Shown: positions 13,813 to 25,552 of the stretch, piece after piece
How the letters are laid out: every line of letters starts with the position of its first letter
Numbering within the stretch: position 1 is the first letter of the stretch
From: Macrostomum hystrix
Taxonomy: Eukaryota; Animalia; Platyhelminthes
Direction of reading: 5' to 3'
DNA: 64,000 nucleotides
Assembly: GCA_950097015.1 (NCBI GenBank)
Contig: CATNEN010000001.1
Coordinates: 7,626,001 to 7,690,000 of the forward strand
Notes under the pieces: model-generated
The model's input: the letters and a program-made list of their open reading frames with translations, nothing else
What the model was told of the DNA's origin: nothing
Database searches by the model: none
Translations under genes and position numbers: made by a program

Positions 13813-14514
13813 TTAATCTTCTTCGGCCTCTTCGCCACCCTTGGTGCCCTCGCGGGCGTTCTTCCTCTTGACGCGACCCGCACGACCGCCGCCGAGAGGA
13901 CTCTTCAATGAGAAGTCGATGTGCTTCTGGCTATCTAGGCGGACCATAAAGGAGGGCACGTTAACCATTTGGCGACGAACGCGGATGTGACGCTGACGGA
14001 TTAGTACTCGGGCGTGGTGGATGCTTTTGGCCAGACCCAGTTTCAGAACCTGGAAGGAAAGTGAAAAACCAGTGCGGCTGCGATAAGAATATAGCTAATT
14101 ACTTTGGAAATATGTTCGGGTTGTTTGAAAAACGTATGGTTTAAAAACTTTTGGTTACGACAGAACTCAAATACATGCCTGCGTCTGCAGTCGCCGCTCT
14201 AGGAAGTCCTCGATCTTGAGGCCAAGCACGTAATCGAGCTTCATCTTGTCCTCCTGCAGCACACCGATTCTAACTAGCCGACGCAGCAGAGCGTTGCCTT
14301 CGAATAGCCTCTTGGGATCTTTCTCCTCAAGGGTTAGCAGCTCTCTGGCGGCCTTGCGAATCTTGGCCAGGGTGTACTTGACGCGCCAAACCTCGCGCTT
14401 ATTCTTCAGGCCGTACATGCCGATTAGTTTCAGCTCGGCATCCAAGCGCTCTTTTTCAAATGGACGCCTAGGCGTGGAGTAGGTCTTTGAATAGATGCGG
14501 GGCACGCGGCTCAT
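13813..14514 (-). CDS. RPS9: 40S ribosomal protein S9 (uS4); exons 14514-14179, 14049-13813; GC-AG intron
   Basis: [31 protein letters not shown]...RRLQTQ|[24 protein letters not shown]; near-identical to animal RPS9. Confidence 0.98.
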
Positions 14515-17500
14515 CCCGATGGCTGGAGTAGAGAAGAATAACCAGCATTACAAACAGACCAAAGACACAACTAATTACCAGTTCGTTTTTAGCCCTATCC
14601 AATGAACCAAATTTTTGTGTGCAAGTATTTTAGTACAAAAAATAATGTTCACTTTCAGTAAGTTAACATTCTTTGTAGAATATTTAATAAATGCTGGTAG
14701 AAATGTTTCCTTAGGTATTAATCATGGTAAGAATACTTGTGCCATGAGTATATGATTGGTTAACTGCTAAAAAAGTTTTTAAATGAAAAAACATTTAAAC
14801 TTACCATTATGCTAAACAAAATCAGCATATTGCTTAAATAGTTGTTTAATATGCTCACTTTCTTTGTATTTGCACAAATTGAATAAATCAGAACTTGAAA
14901 AATCTTAAAAATGAGGCCTCTTGATTTCAGTTCCTCGATTAAAGTACAAGTGAAGAAAGTCAATAAAGCATTTTAGCAGATGAAATTAGGAAATTATGTT
15001 AGTACTTTTAACTTATAATATTGTTTAGGACTGTAGTTGTTTAAGGCACAACAAAACCCATTAAAGGAAACAAAATACTTAAGCTATACTTAACAGACTA
15101 TAGCAATAGAATATTTTATACAATTGTTTCACAATACAATTTTATAATTTATTTAGAATAAGAGTGAACTCACAATTTAAATGGCTGAGATAGATTTTAC
15201 AAACTATCAGACAAATAAAACAAATAAGACCATAACAATACAAGTTAGTGAAACAAGGACATGTAGCCTAAAACCAATCACAGATGCTTTGTATAATACA
15301 CCCCAGAAGCCAGTCTTTTCTGTGATGCACTAGTCCTTAAGCTTGGGTTTGTTTCATGTATGCTGATGAGCACACAAACAATAGCATAGCAACTAAGAGG
15401 CCATCAAAACTGTATATATTAGCTATTGGTGCTTGTTGACAATATAGTCTGGACCACAAAAAATATAAGGTGACAACTATATATACTTAAATGACGATAT
15501 TAGCTATTGTGACAGAACATTTAAAAGACATTTTTAAAATAGTACTTACAATATTACTATTGTTCCAAAAAATTATAGTTCTACAAATACTTTTGTTTGA
15601 AACAAGTGTCAAACAAAAAGAGCAACTAATTTTACAGAAATACAACCTTCCAATGCAATTATGAAAAAGGCATAACTGTAAAGCAATATGCCTATTACAT
15701 ATTAATCATTAAAGGAATGATATTTTGTTTGAGTGAGATAGTTGCAATTAGGATATAGAATCTAGAAGAAAAAGATGGAGAGAGACCTAATTTTCATGTG
15801 AGGATTCCCAAATTTGTTTTATAAACTGTTGCTTGCCAAAGACTAGCATTGTTTTTCTTTACTTTTAATTGTTATGGTTTTGATTCAATGTTATTGCCTT
15901 TGATTGAGTGAAAGTTCATTAGCACTTTTCAGTAAGGTGGCTGTACATGTTGACAAGGATGCTAGCTTCCTGGCTGAATGAGCAAAGTTGAAGAGTATTC
16001 TCAATTGATAGTAAGAAATGAACAATACATACTGGAAAGAAATTCCTAGGTAATGGAGATATCTTTGCAGTTGTGTCCAACAAAATAAACAACCTTACTT
16101 CTGTTTGTATGTTAGCTTAATTACTTTCCTACTCGTATTTATTTACTGCACTAAAAGGCAATACAGGTTGAAATTGACACAATACTTGTTGGCCAGGGAG
16201 TCAATTCTCATAATGCCTGACCAACAGTTCATGCAAAAAATGAATTTTTCCAGCTGTGGGCTGAGTATCTAGAACCAGGTCCATTGATATGTTTCTGCTT
16301 GCCTACAGCAAATGGAATGCTTGTGTTGCACAATGACATATTATTTGCACTTTCTGTGGCATATGAACTTTTCCTCATGTTCTATTTTAGCAAATATACA
16401 CTGTGACAATGTAACCTTGAGTTGTTTAATTACTTATTTTATAGTAATTGGCTACATTATAAGTTGCTGTGAAGATTACTATTTATATGATAAGCAGGTT
16501 TACCAAATATTTTTATAATGTATCATTCTAAGAATTATCAGCCTTTTTTAAAAAGCAATGTATATATGTATTTTCTGCTCTAACTGTGCCTTGTGAGCAT
16601 CAAGATTATATTGGAGATATACTTATTTATATAAAATATAATTAGACAATATTATTGCTACATAAATCTTAGTCTTTATATTTATTTGGCACTTAAATTT
16701 GGTCCTAACTTAAAGACTTGAACAAAATTGCTACTGCTACACTACTACACACTGCACATTTAACATTGGTGTCTCCGCCTGACCAACAACAAGTGCAACT
16801 TTAAGGGCACATGCACCATCATTCTAGTTGCCTTTTGTCTGGCAAAAAATTGGTTGATAACCAATCAACCAATCAGAGATGACCTGACCAGTGGCCAATC
16901 TCAAGTCCAATGTCAATTGTACATCCTTGATCCTCAGCCAGAGCTACAACACAACAACACTTCGGCATGTTATTTACTATCATACATGAACTCATATATG
17001 AATAGTGCTGGTTCCAGCAATTTATTTCCTATTATCAATAAAAAACTAATCTATTCTCTCCAAAATAGTTGTCACCAAAATGTTTTGTCACTGAAATATA
17101 ACAGACTCCTAAGCCATTCGCTACTAATTTTTTATTAGTAGACCAGAAACCAGACCAGGCTATAAACTAATTTTTTATAAACAAGCTAGACACATGTTTA
17201 CATAAATTCAGTTTTTTTCTATAGGGGACATGAGTTCAATATTTGATATAACTGGGCTAAGATACTGCTGCATAGCAATATGGTAGTATAGGCCCTACTA
17301 GTGTGACTGTTCATTTATTGTAGCCATATAATTATTGTAAATACTTTCTTTCTTACTTCTTTTCTTTTAACCATACAGTATCTGAAATATTATGTATAGT
17401 AAACTATTTTGGTTTATTATATTTTGAATTTCACTTATCTCGATTGTATTCACAATCCTTTTGCACAATATTTATTCCATTCTGTGACCAGAAAGTAGAA

Positions 17501-18644
17501 CTTAGCTCTGACCTTGACCCTATATTCTGATTGACTTAATTCCTATACATACACCTGGGTATTATTCTACTAAATTTGTTTGATGCCTAATTAGTACTTT
17601 TTATTGTTAAATAGGGGCCTAATTATGAGTGTTGTCTTTGCTGTCCCTGGCCCTTACCAAGTCACAGCTAGTTGAACAAACTAACATAGAAAGCAATAGA
17701 TTTAAAATTCCAACCTGAATCCACTCCACAACAACTCTAAGTAAACTCAACTCTAAGTCACACTAGGTTCAGACTTTCAATTAATTATGACTCAAACCCA
17801 AAGCTAAATTTTCAACAATTACAACAAGCAAAATTCAACAACAATATAATATGAATCAGACAGCATGACAATGATGACAAATGACAGCAACAACAACATT
17901 CTTGAAATAAAGCTAATGTTTTTGTTAGTGGCCTAGTATTATTATATTTAAATACTTTTCTATATATTACTAATTTGTATTTATTCATAGTTAGCCTAAT
18001 TATTGTTCACAAAAGAAGGTAAATCATGATCATCATTCATGATGAGTTTTTATTTTCTTATTCATAGAAACTAGAAGCAAACAAGTACTCATTACTATAC
18101 ATATAATTTTTTTAAAGTTACAGGTAAGCTACAATATATAGACAGCGGGTGAAGTTTCAAGTCAATTGGAAAACCAAAAGTAACATATATAGGATTTATA
18201 GGATTAGAGTTCAAGAAGTCCACAAGAGCTACTTAAACAAACAGGGTGAAACGTGTTAACTAACTGAGTAGAGAAATCTATTCTGCGCTTTGATGATATC
18301 TGATAGATGTAGCCATAACTAGGGATGAGTCTAAAAGACGTGTCCACAAAGTGCGTCGAGCACACAGGCGGATAGCGCTAACGGCAACAGTATGTTTTTA
18401 CCAGACCCACAATTTAAGGCATTGAGTGTCGTTACTAAACAGGAAAATCTTGTAACTATATATGTACTGGAATGTTGCAGTACATTGTATTTCAGCAATG
18501 TCTTTTTGTCGTTCTCGTTAAAATATTAAAATATTCTCGTTAAAATATACCGTTAAAATATGTTTTCGTGAATACAACACGAATACAAATTACAAACAGG
18601 GGAGCTAGTATATATAGTCTTTACTCTTTAATGCTTGACTATTT

Positions 18645-18769
18645 AAGGCACCGTTCGAAAAGCAGGTACCGAAATGTAATGTACCGAAAATTAAGTCATC
18701 GAAAAGCACTGACTGGTACCGAAATGCACTGTACCGAAAAGCCCTGTTACCGAAATGCCTGGCACCCCC
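18645..18769. mobile_element. Terminal fragment of a non-autonomous DNA transposon with GTACCGAAA subterminal repeats
   Basis: About 7 spaced (GT)ACCGAAA words ending in GGCACCCC, the same architecture as the subterminal repeats of the MULE at 11863. Confidence 0.5.
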
Positions 18770-19989
18770 TTTTTACGTATCGCATTGCCGAAAGTGCTTA
18801 TAGTTTGAAACCTTAACTGAAAAGGTAAACCAAAATATTCTAAAAATATTCTAAAGAACATGGATCTTGAGAGTTTTTTTTTACAATTTGGGCATTAGCA
18901 GGTTTAATATTTTATGATATAAAAAACTGTTTTGTGTACGCCTAACAGTAAATTTAGTTTTTCGTGAAAACCTGAATATTAACATTTTCTTTTTTTTCAC
19001 AATTTTTGCCAAAACATTTTCAGAATCTATTTAAACGGTAACAATATTTAGTGGATGATCAACTAATAATTTATAACGATAGGCCTAATGATTAACTAGT
19101 CGAAACTATCATTGCTTTAAGTTTTAGCAGCTAAATCAGAGCTAAATGTTTTTTGCTTCCTCACTTAAAAATTAAAGATTCGATTTGCATCAAACTGTTC
19201 TATAAAGCCCTTTACTCCAGCTTACTTATAGGCTCTCTTTTTAGGCATTAGGCCTAGTTCAGTTATCAGTGTTGTCGAATTATTGTAACAAATGTGTCAG
19301 AGAAATCTTTGATATTAACATTTATATTTATAGGTAGGTAGCCTAGCCGACTGCAAGAAAGAGAAGAATAAATCCTAATTCTTTTACGCCAAAATTTCAG
19401 TTTGTTTTAGCTTCTATAATTATAATATCAAAATTTTAGTATTAGGCCTATATAAAATAAAATAGTGGAATATAGCTAGAGTTGCTATATTTAGGAACAT
19501 TGGTTTGCTGGGCCTATCATTTTATATAATAATTTATATTTTTATTAAATGTTTTGTAACAGAGCTTATCACTTTACTTTCTTTCAGTGGTAGCAGATTA
19601 CTTGGCACAAGTGGACTCTACTAAGGATTTTATTTTAATCAGTTTTCACTGCATTGGATCAGAAAGTCATAGCCTCAATAGTCAACTTAATACCTAGCAT
19701 GTGTCCAAACTTATTGTTTATCTGTAGCTTGTTAAAATTGTTTCTTGCCACATTGGCAAGAATAAAAAAATATTGAATGCATAAATATTTAACAAAGTTT
19801 GCATATTAAACAAAAGAAGCATTATAGCACAAACTGGACTTAAAAAATAGTGAAAATTTGAGACAATAAATCAGTATAAAAATTCTCTAATACATCCTAA
19901 AATATAGCATTAAAAAAACAGGAAGTGTGAATTAAGCCTATTTTTATAATGTTTTATAAATATAATTATTTAATATGCTTTTGGATTTA

Positions 19990-21043
19990 ATGTAAATAAC
20001 TTTGGCCGATCGGTTTTTACCAACGTTAAACAGACGTTAAAATGTACATACACTGGAGTGGGGTTGCTGCTAGCGGGACGAGTTTTTAATTGGGGTTATA
20101 AGGAGTGGCTTCTTGAGTATGACCTCTCCTCTGCGCCGATCAACGAAGAGATCGCCTCCTTATAAGATTGAATGAGAACCCGACTCGGACTGACACAATT
20201 CGAGTTCGCTTATAATACCTTTAAAAATCAAATGATTGATTATGAGTAACACACTTTGGGTTAATGCCTGAGATCGACTCCGTCAAGCGGGCTGCAGAGG
20301 AGAAAAAAGCGAGAGACGTAGCTCCGCGCTTGTGATATTATGTTTATTTGCCATCCTTACACGTACAATATTTCACGTAAAATGTGCATGATATTTCTTG
20401 CTCCTTTTCATCCCCGGTCCGGTCTCGGCCTCTCGTTCCTGGCTCCTCTCTCTCTGCCGGTTTCACCCATTTGTTCAGCCGTACTCACTCGGGTCAGGTT
20501 CGAGGGTGCGCAGCCGCTGTGTTCCGATGCTCGCCTGGCTCTTCTCTCTCTCTCTCTCGCTTTCTGTCGGCCGGGTCATCAATGACTCACTGGGGTCAGG
20601 TCGCTCCGTCTTCCCGCCAAGCCACGTCATCAGTCTCTGGAATTAGTATTTGCCTAAGCCTTTTCTCTTTTTAACATCCCTCTATGCTTCTTTCTATTTC
20701 TACTTATTTTGTCCCTTATAGGGGTGTGTGACAGGGAATTCCCAAACCCACCCCAAGTGGACAATTATCATGGGCATTGTATTTTGGTATACTGCATCCA
20801 TGCATATATATGTTTAGTTAGCATCGGGAAAAGTTTACGTCGGCAATGTATTTCATTTGAGGCCTAAATGTAGGGGCTTTTTGAGAGATGAATCATCAGC
20901 ATGACTAATTGTCCACTTGGGGTTGGTTTGGGAATTCCCTGTCACACACCCCAATTAAAATCTCATCCCGCTAGCAGCCACCCCACTCCAGTGTATGTAC
21001 ATTTTAACATAGGTAAAAACCGATCGGCCAAAGTTATATACAT
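19990..21043. mobile_element. Foldback MITE with long inverted arms and an 8-9-bp TSD (T)TGGATTTA
   Basis: Left arm 19990-20096 plus 20726-20772 mirrors right arm 20900-21043; TGGATTTA at 19982-19989 and 21044-21051. Confidence 0.88.
20097..20720. mobile_element. 624-bp nested insertion (solo-LTR-like) with TATAAGG...CCTTATA ends and a 5-bp TSD GGGGT
   Basis: Splits the MITE left arm exactly; GGGGT at 20092-20096 and 20721-20725. Confidence 0.8.
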
Positions 21044-21448
21044 TGGATTTATATTTATTTACAAAGTAAGCCTATTGTTGTGAAATTTGTATTGACCCTC
21101 TTTCTTGTCCTTGTTTTCTCTAAGCCAAGTCTATATGGATTGGTTTTTCCTTCCATTCTAGTCAGCCCTCTCTAGTCTAGCCTAGCCCTACCCATTTATC
21201 TTACCTCCTTTGGTTTTGGTTTACTTTTTATTGAACAGTTTTATTTCCCTTATCAAAAATTTTATATATTTGTTTTTAACTCTTACCTGTAGGTTATTAC
21301 TAACAAATAAATTCCCCCTTTGGGGAAGGGATAGAGGGAGGAAAGGAGAATTAGCTTTGAAGCCCTGTCAAAAAGAGTTTAAGTTCTAGATCATATTCAT
21401 ACAGTTGTGCAATATATGATTTTTTACACATTGTATCATTTTAATATC

Positions 21449-24400
21449 ATGCAATTCTTGCAGCAGCAGCAGAGACAACTGCCACTGTCATCACAGCAGA
21501 CTGGTTCATGCTGTGGTCGTCTCGTAGCTCTATCTCATCCAATTAAATCCAGTAGAAAATGTTGCCTGCTTCTCAAACTATTGCCAAAATCAGCAGCACC
21601 TTTGATAAACTATGGCCAGCTGTCACATCCAGATCATTGTTTCTGTCGCACAGAGACTGTCATTGTTATGTGTGATCAAACCAATGAAGCTTGTCGTCGT
21701 CTAGTTGAATTTCACAGCAGTTTAACTGTTGGAGATTGGTTGGAATTCTCTAGTATTTCGCGACCAGTTAAGTTGGCTTTGGACTCAGTCGAGTTTGGTT
21801 GCTGGCGTTGCGATTTGAATGAGAATTTTGATTTGCTAAATGATACAAAGATTGTCAAAAGTAGACTCACACAAGGCGTCAAAGTGTCTACTAATTCTGG
21901 TGTACACAAATGCAGTTGCATTGTTAGCCAGTGCTCCAGTTATCAAGAGTGGATTGACATTCGGATAGTGTCACTTTCATTGTGTTCATCAGCTGGCTTT
22001 GCTCGGGTCAACATTTTGGCAGCAAATGGCACAGGATTTGAGCGCTTGCAATTAGGCAGTGAAGGTAAGTAATTTCTTAATTAACTACTTGCTACTCACA
22101 GTAGCATCCAATGGCCGTTTAAGATTTATATTGCATCAAGTTTTTTATTTTATTATTCCTCAGAACCGGCTTTACTGGCCTATTTTCCTTCAACAATGAC
22201 TGCTTTGTCGCCTCGCACTGTTGGTTGCACGATTCGACTATGCAACGCGCATGTGTACACTGGCGTCGCGTGCCAGCCAATCAGATTGGCCACAAATAAT
22301 TCCATAGCGACAGTAATCGTAGCATTTGTGTACACTAGTTTTCATTGCCCAGAACTGGGTAATTTGACATTTATCAACACCACTAATAGTAGCGGAAACG
22401 TTGAAGTTAAAGAAAATCGGTCAATAAATCAAAACTGGCGAGTATGTCGTCAGTCTGGAGAGAATGACAGCTCAGCTGTACTGCGCCTGTTATCTTGGTC
22501 ATTGACACTGGAGAATGTTAAATCCAGCTCATCTCGATCTCTTTTGCCAGCACTTTGCAGCGCGTTGTCATTAGCAACCAAAGAATCTGTCGTCGAACCA
22601 CCTCAGCATCGAAGTCATCAACAATTGGTTGTCGATTTTATCAAAACTAGACAGCCAGATATTAACGGCGGCGGTGAAAATATTAACAGGCGATGTGCTT
22701 TGTCAAACACGCTGGCAATGTCATTGTCTGACCTGGCGACGATTAGCAATGAACCGGGCATTCTAATTGGTCAGCGTTTAGCCTTCGATTGCAATGGCGA
22801 ACGAATGCGTTTAGATTTATTTAAATCCAGTGCCCAACAGACCGATTCAAATTCGACATGCGTAGGAATTCGGCTAATATACGATGGCCTATTTAACCTT
22901 AGTTTGTCGACTAGTTTAACATCGATTGTTGCTTTGAAATTGACGCCCACTTTTAGACAGCTTCGTCAGATAATAATAAAAGATTGGGATGGTGTTGAAT
23001 GCTTACTAACTAGGCTAAGTTACTTGGTGACCAGTCATCATAAACTGCGTCCCAATATTCGCGCTTCAGTTTCAATGCAGAGATCAACAGTTTCTTTTGA
23101 ACTGACCGTGACTACTTGTCACAGCGTTGATTTTGGTTTGTTCAGTCTTGCTGGTCGAATTAATCCTAGCGTTACCAATAGTAATGGCCACTCAGTGCTG
23201 ATTGAAATGGAAGGCAGCGGTGAGTTCTTTGCTAATAGATTTGTTTGTTATTGAAGCCCTAGAAAAATAAGAATACTAATACTTAATTTTTCATATAAAT
23301 GCAGCTGGAATACTACGCGAGCTCCTACTACCGTCTGGCACTTATCGAATTGTCACAGACGAGAATTCTATGTCTAATTTGCTTCAGTCTACTAATGCTA
23401 CAGACGAATCTAATAATCAATCGCCTGCTCTGATTCGTTTAAGGCGTCGACCAATCAGTGTCGAGTGTGTTCGATTGCGCCAATCTGATTGGTTGACGCC
23501 GAGTCGAGCACGATCTTCGGGGCATCTGCGATTGTTCAGTTTAAGAGGCCGCTTATTAGATTTCGGATGTAGTTGCCATGGTAACAGCGACCAAAGCTAC
23601 GATTGTCAAGGTAACGCTTGGCTACTTATCGGCGATCCCCTAGCCGAAGAAGAGATTGCGCGAGTTGAATTCTCTACTCCCATCAATCGTCTAAGACGAT
23701 TTAAATTATTGAGCAGACTAGCTCAATCCGATCTGTGGATCGAAGATGTACTTCTACTGAATGTTAGCCGACGACAAATTGCCGATGCGGATGCTAGACG
23801 GTTAGAGTTGGATTGCATCTGCACCGATGGTAATCCTACAATGCATCTCTTGTCTGTGACTCGTTCAGCTAACGGTCGACCGCCTCTACCAACTTCTCGG
23901 GCGTTGATGAGCGAACCGCACCCAGAATGGGACAGCATTGGTGGCCTCATTGAATTCAGCTTGCCACCGTCTCCGCCATCGTCTATGATGGCTGCTGTTG
24001 AACCCGAAGTTCGTTGTCTAACTAATTGGTGCGACGAAGGTCGAGTGTTCCAGCTCGACTGTTTCATGTCGGCTGTCTGTCGATTACAGGTCTGTTGAAC
24101 GCGAAATTAAAGTAATACAGCCCACTAACTTCAAAAAAACTTCATAATTCTTAATCCCTGATTTCAGTTTCAACCGTCAACTGCTTCTGCTGTTCCTAAT
24201 CAGCGCATGAACCGGGGGCACAGCAGAATGCCTTTAGCCGAGGCATTCGTACTGCTGCAGGACGGCACACAAACAGCCGGCCTATCCTGTCGAGGCTTCA
24301 TTAATATTTGTCGCCTTTTAGCATTTCCGCAACGATTTGCTGATAGTTTATCATCGATCAATCATTTATTGACTTATCGACGTTGCTGGGACGACGGCAA

Positions 24401-24611
24401 CGGTGGAGGCGGAGGCAACGCAACTGGCGATGGCTCCTATCTGACCGAAGTTCTTCGCTACTATTTGGAAAGCAGCATTTGTCGTCGTCCCCTTAGCCTA
24501 TTGGTTCGTTTGCGTCGCCAACCGTTGCTAATGACGCAATTGACACCAAATGATCTATTGCCGCGTAGAAGACTACCGGATGTGTCGCTAACGCTGATGA
24601 AGGTGCTTTAA
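21449..24611 (+). CDS. CTC1: CTC1-like (CST complex large subunit); exons ~21449-22064, 22164-23219, 23305-24089, 24168-24611; 5' end uncertain
   Basis: Four phase-consistent exons (~960 aa); C-terminal AEAFVLLQDGTQTAGLSCRG and LESSICRRPLSLLVRLRRQP resemble the vertebrate CTC1 terminal OB fold as recalled ([38 protein letters not shown]); LLLPSGTYRI resembles FLHPGQVYRL. Confidence 0.68.
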
Positions 24612-25174
24612 AATGCTAGTATCTATGGCAATTACCTGCGTTTGCCATTTACAGTTGAGGTTGTATTTAAGAAAATATACCATCGATATTAAAACAAATT
24701 TTCGCGAGCCAAAATGAAAACATAAATTTCATGTAATAGGAGAAATTATAAATTCGTGATTTCAACGCTTCACTACTGCTTTGCTTCTCAGTAAACTGAA
24801 AGTACCATTTAGTTTCTAAGCATGTTTCTACTGAGTTCATTGTTTTATTATTGTAAACTACCATTATAAAAATTCTGGTGCTAATTTTATACGCACATTT
24901 ATTTTTTACTTCTCATTTTTTTATTCAATTTTTTGTTTTATCACGGTGGTATCTGCATTTGTAGTATTTATTAGTTGTTTTCAACTTTACTATTCAGCTT
25001 AAACCTGGAATTGTACAATGCTATGAGCCATTAATTATATGATATACATAAACTAAATACTTACTCATATAGTAAAGGTGTTATGTTCTTCCTTTTCTAG
25101 AAAATTACTATTATCATTATCAGAAAATAGCCATTAATAGCCAAGTCTTTAACAACCACTAACAGCAATCATTT

Positions 25175-25432
25175 GACCTGCAGCCAGCGAGGAGGCAATT
25201 CTGCGTATTTCGCTGACTCGCACGCAGATACTGTACACAGGCACACAGGTGTGTACATCTGGTCTGACTTTCTCATTGTCAGACAGTGTACACTCTCACT
25301 GTGCCTTAGAGGTCGGCCATTAAGGACGTAAATTGCACGACAGGCCCCCAAGCCGCGGCTGCGCCCCAAATGAGTGTGGCCTCACAACGGAATCGAGCCC
25401 AGGGACATTGTTGCGAGAGGCAGACGTGTTAA
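25175..25432 (-). mobile_element. tRNA-derived SINE, family 2, second copy (5'-truncated)
   Basis: Aligns over ~250 bp with 5957-6215. Confidence 0.8.
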
Positions 25433-25552
25433 ATCAATAATTTCAATCTTCAGCTAAGTCGAAACAATTTTTCTTTAATTTTCAGCGAATAATTTCGCCC
25501 TACTTTACAAGCCTTTAATAAAGTTGAGCAACTAAAAGTACAAAGACTAGTG

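Noticed and set aside
14700-19900. Hidden gene or snoRNAs between RPS9 and CTC1
   Set aside because: Only short ORFs and isolated TGATGA/CTGA words; no consistent exon chain or terminal stems, though upstream CTC1 or RPS9 exons may lie here
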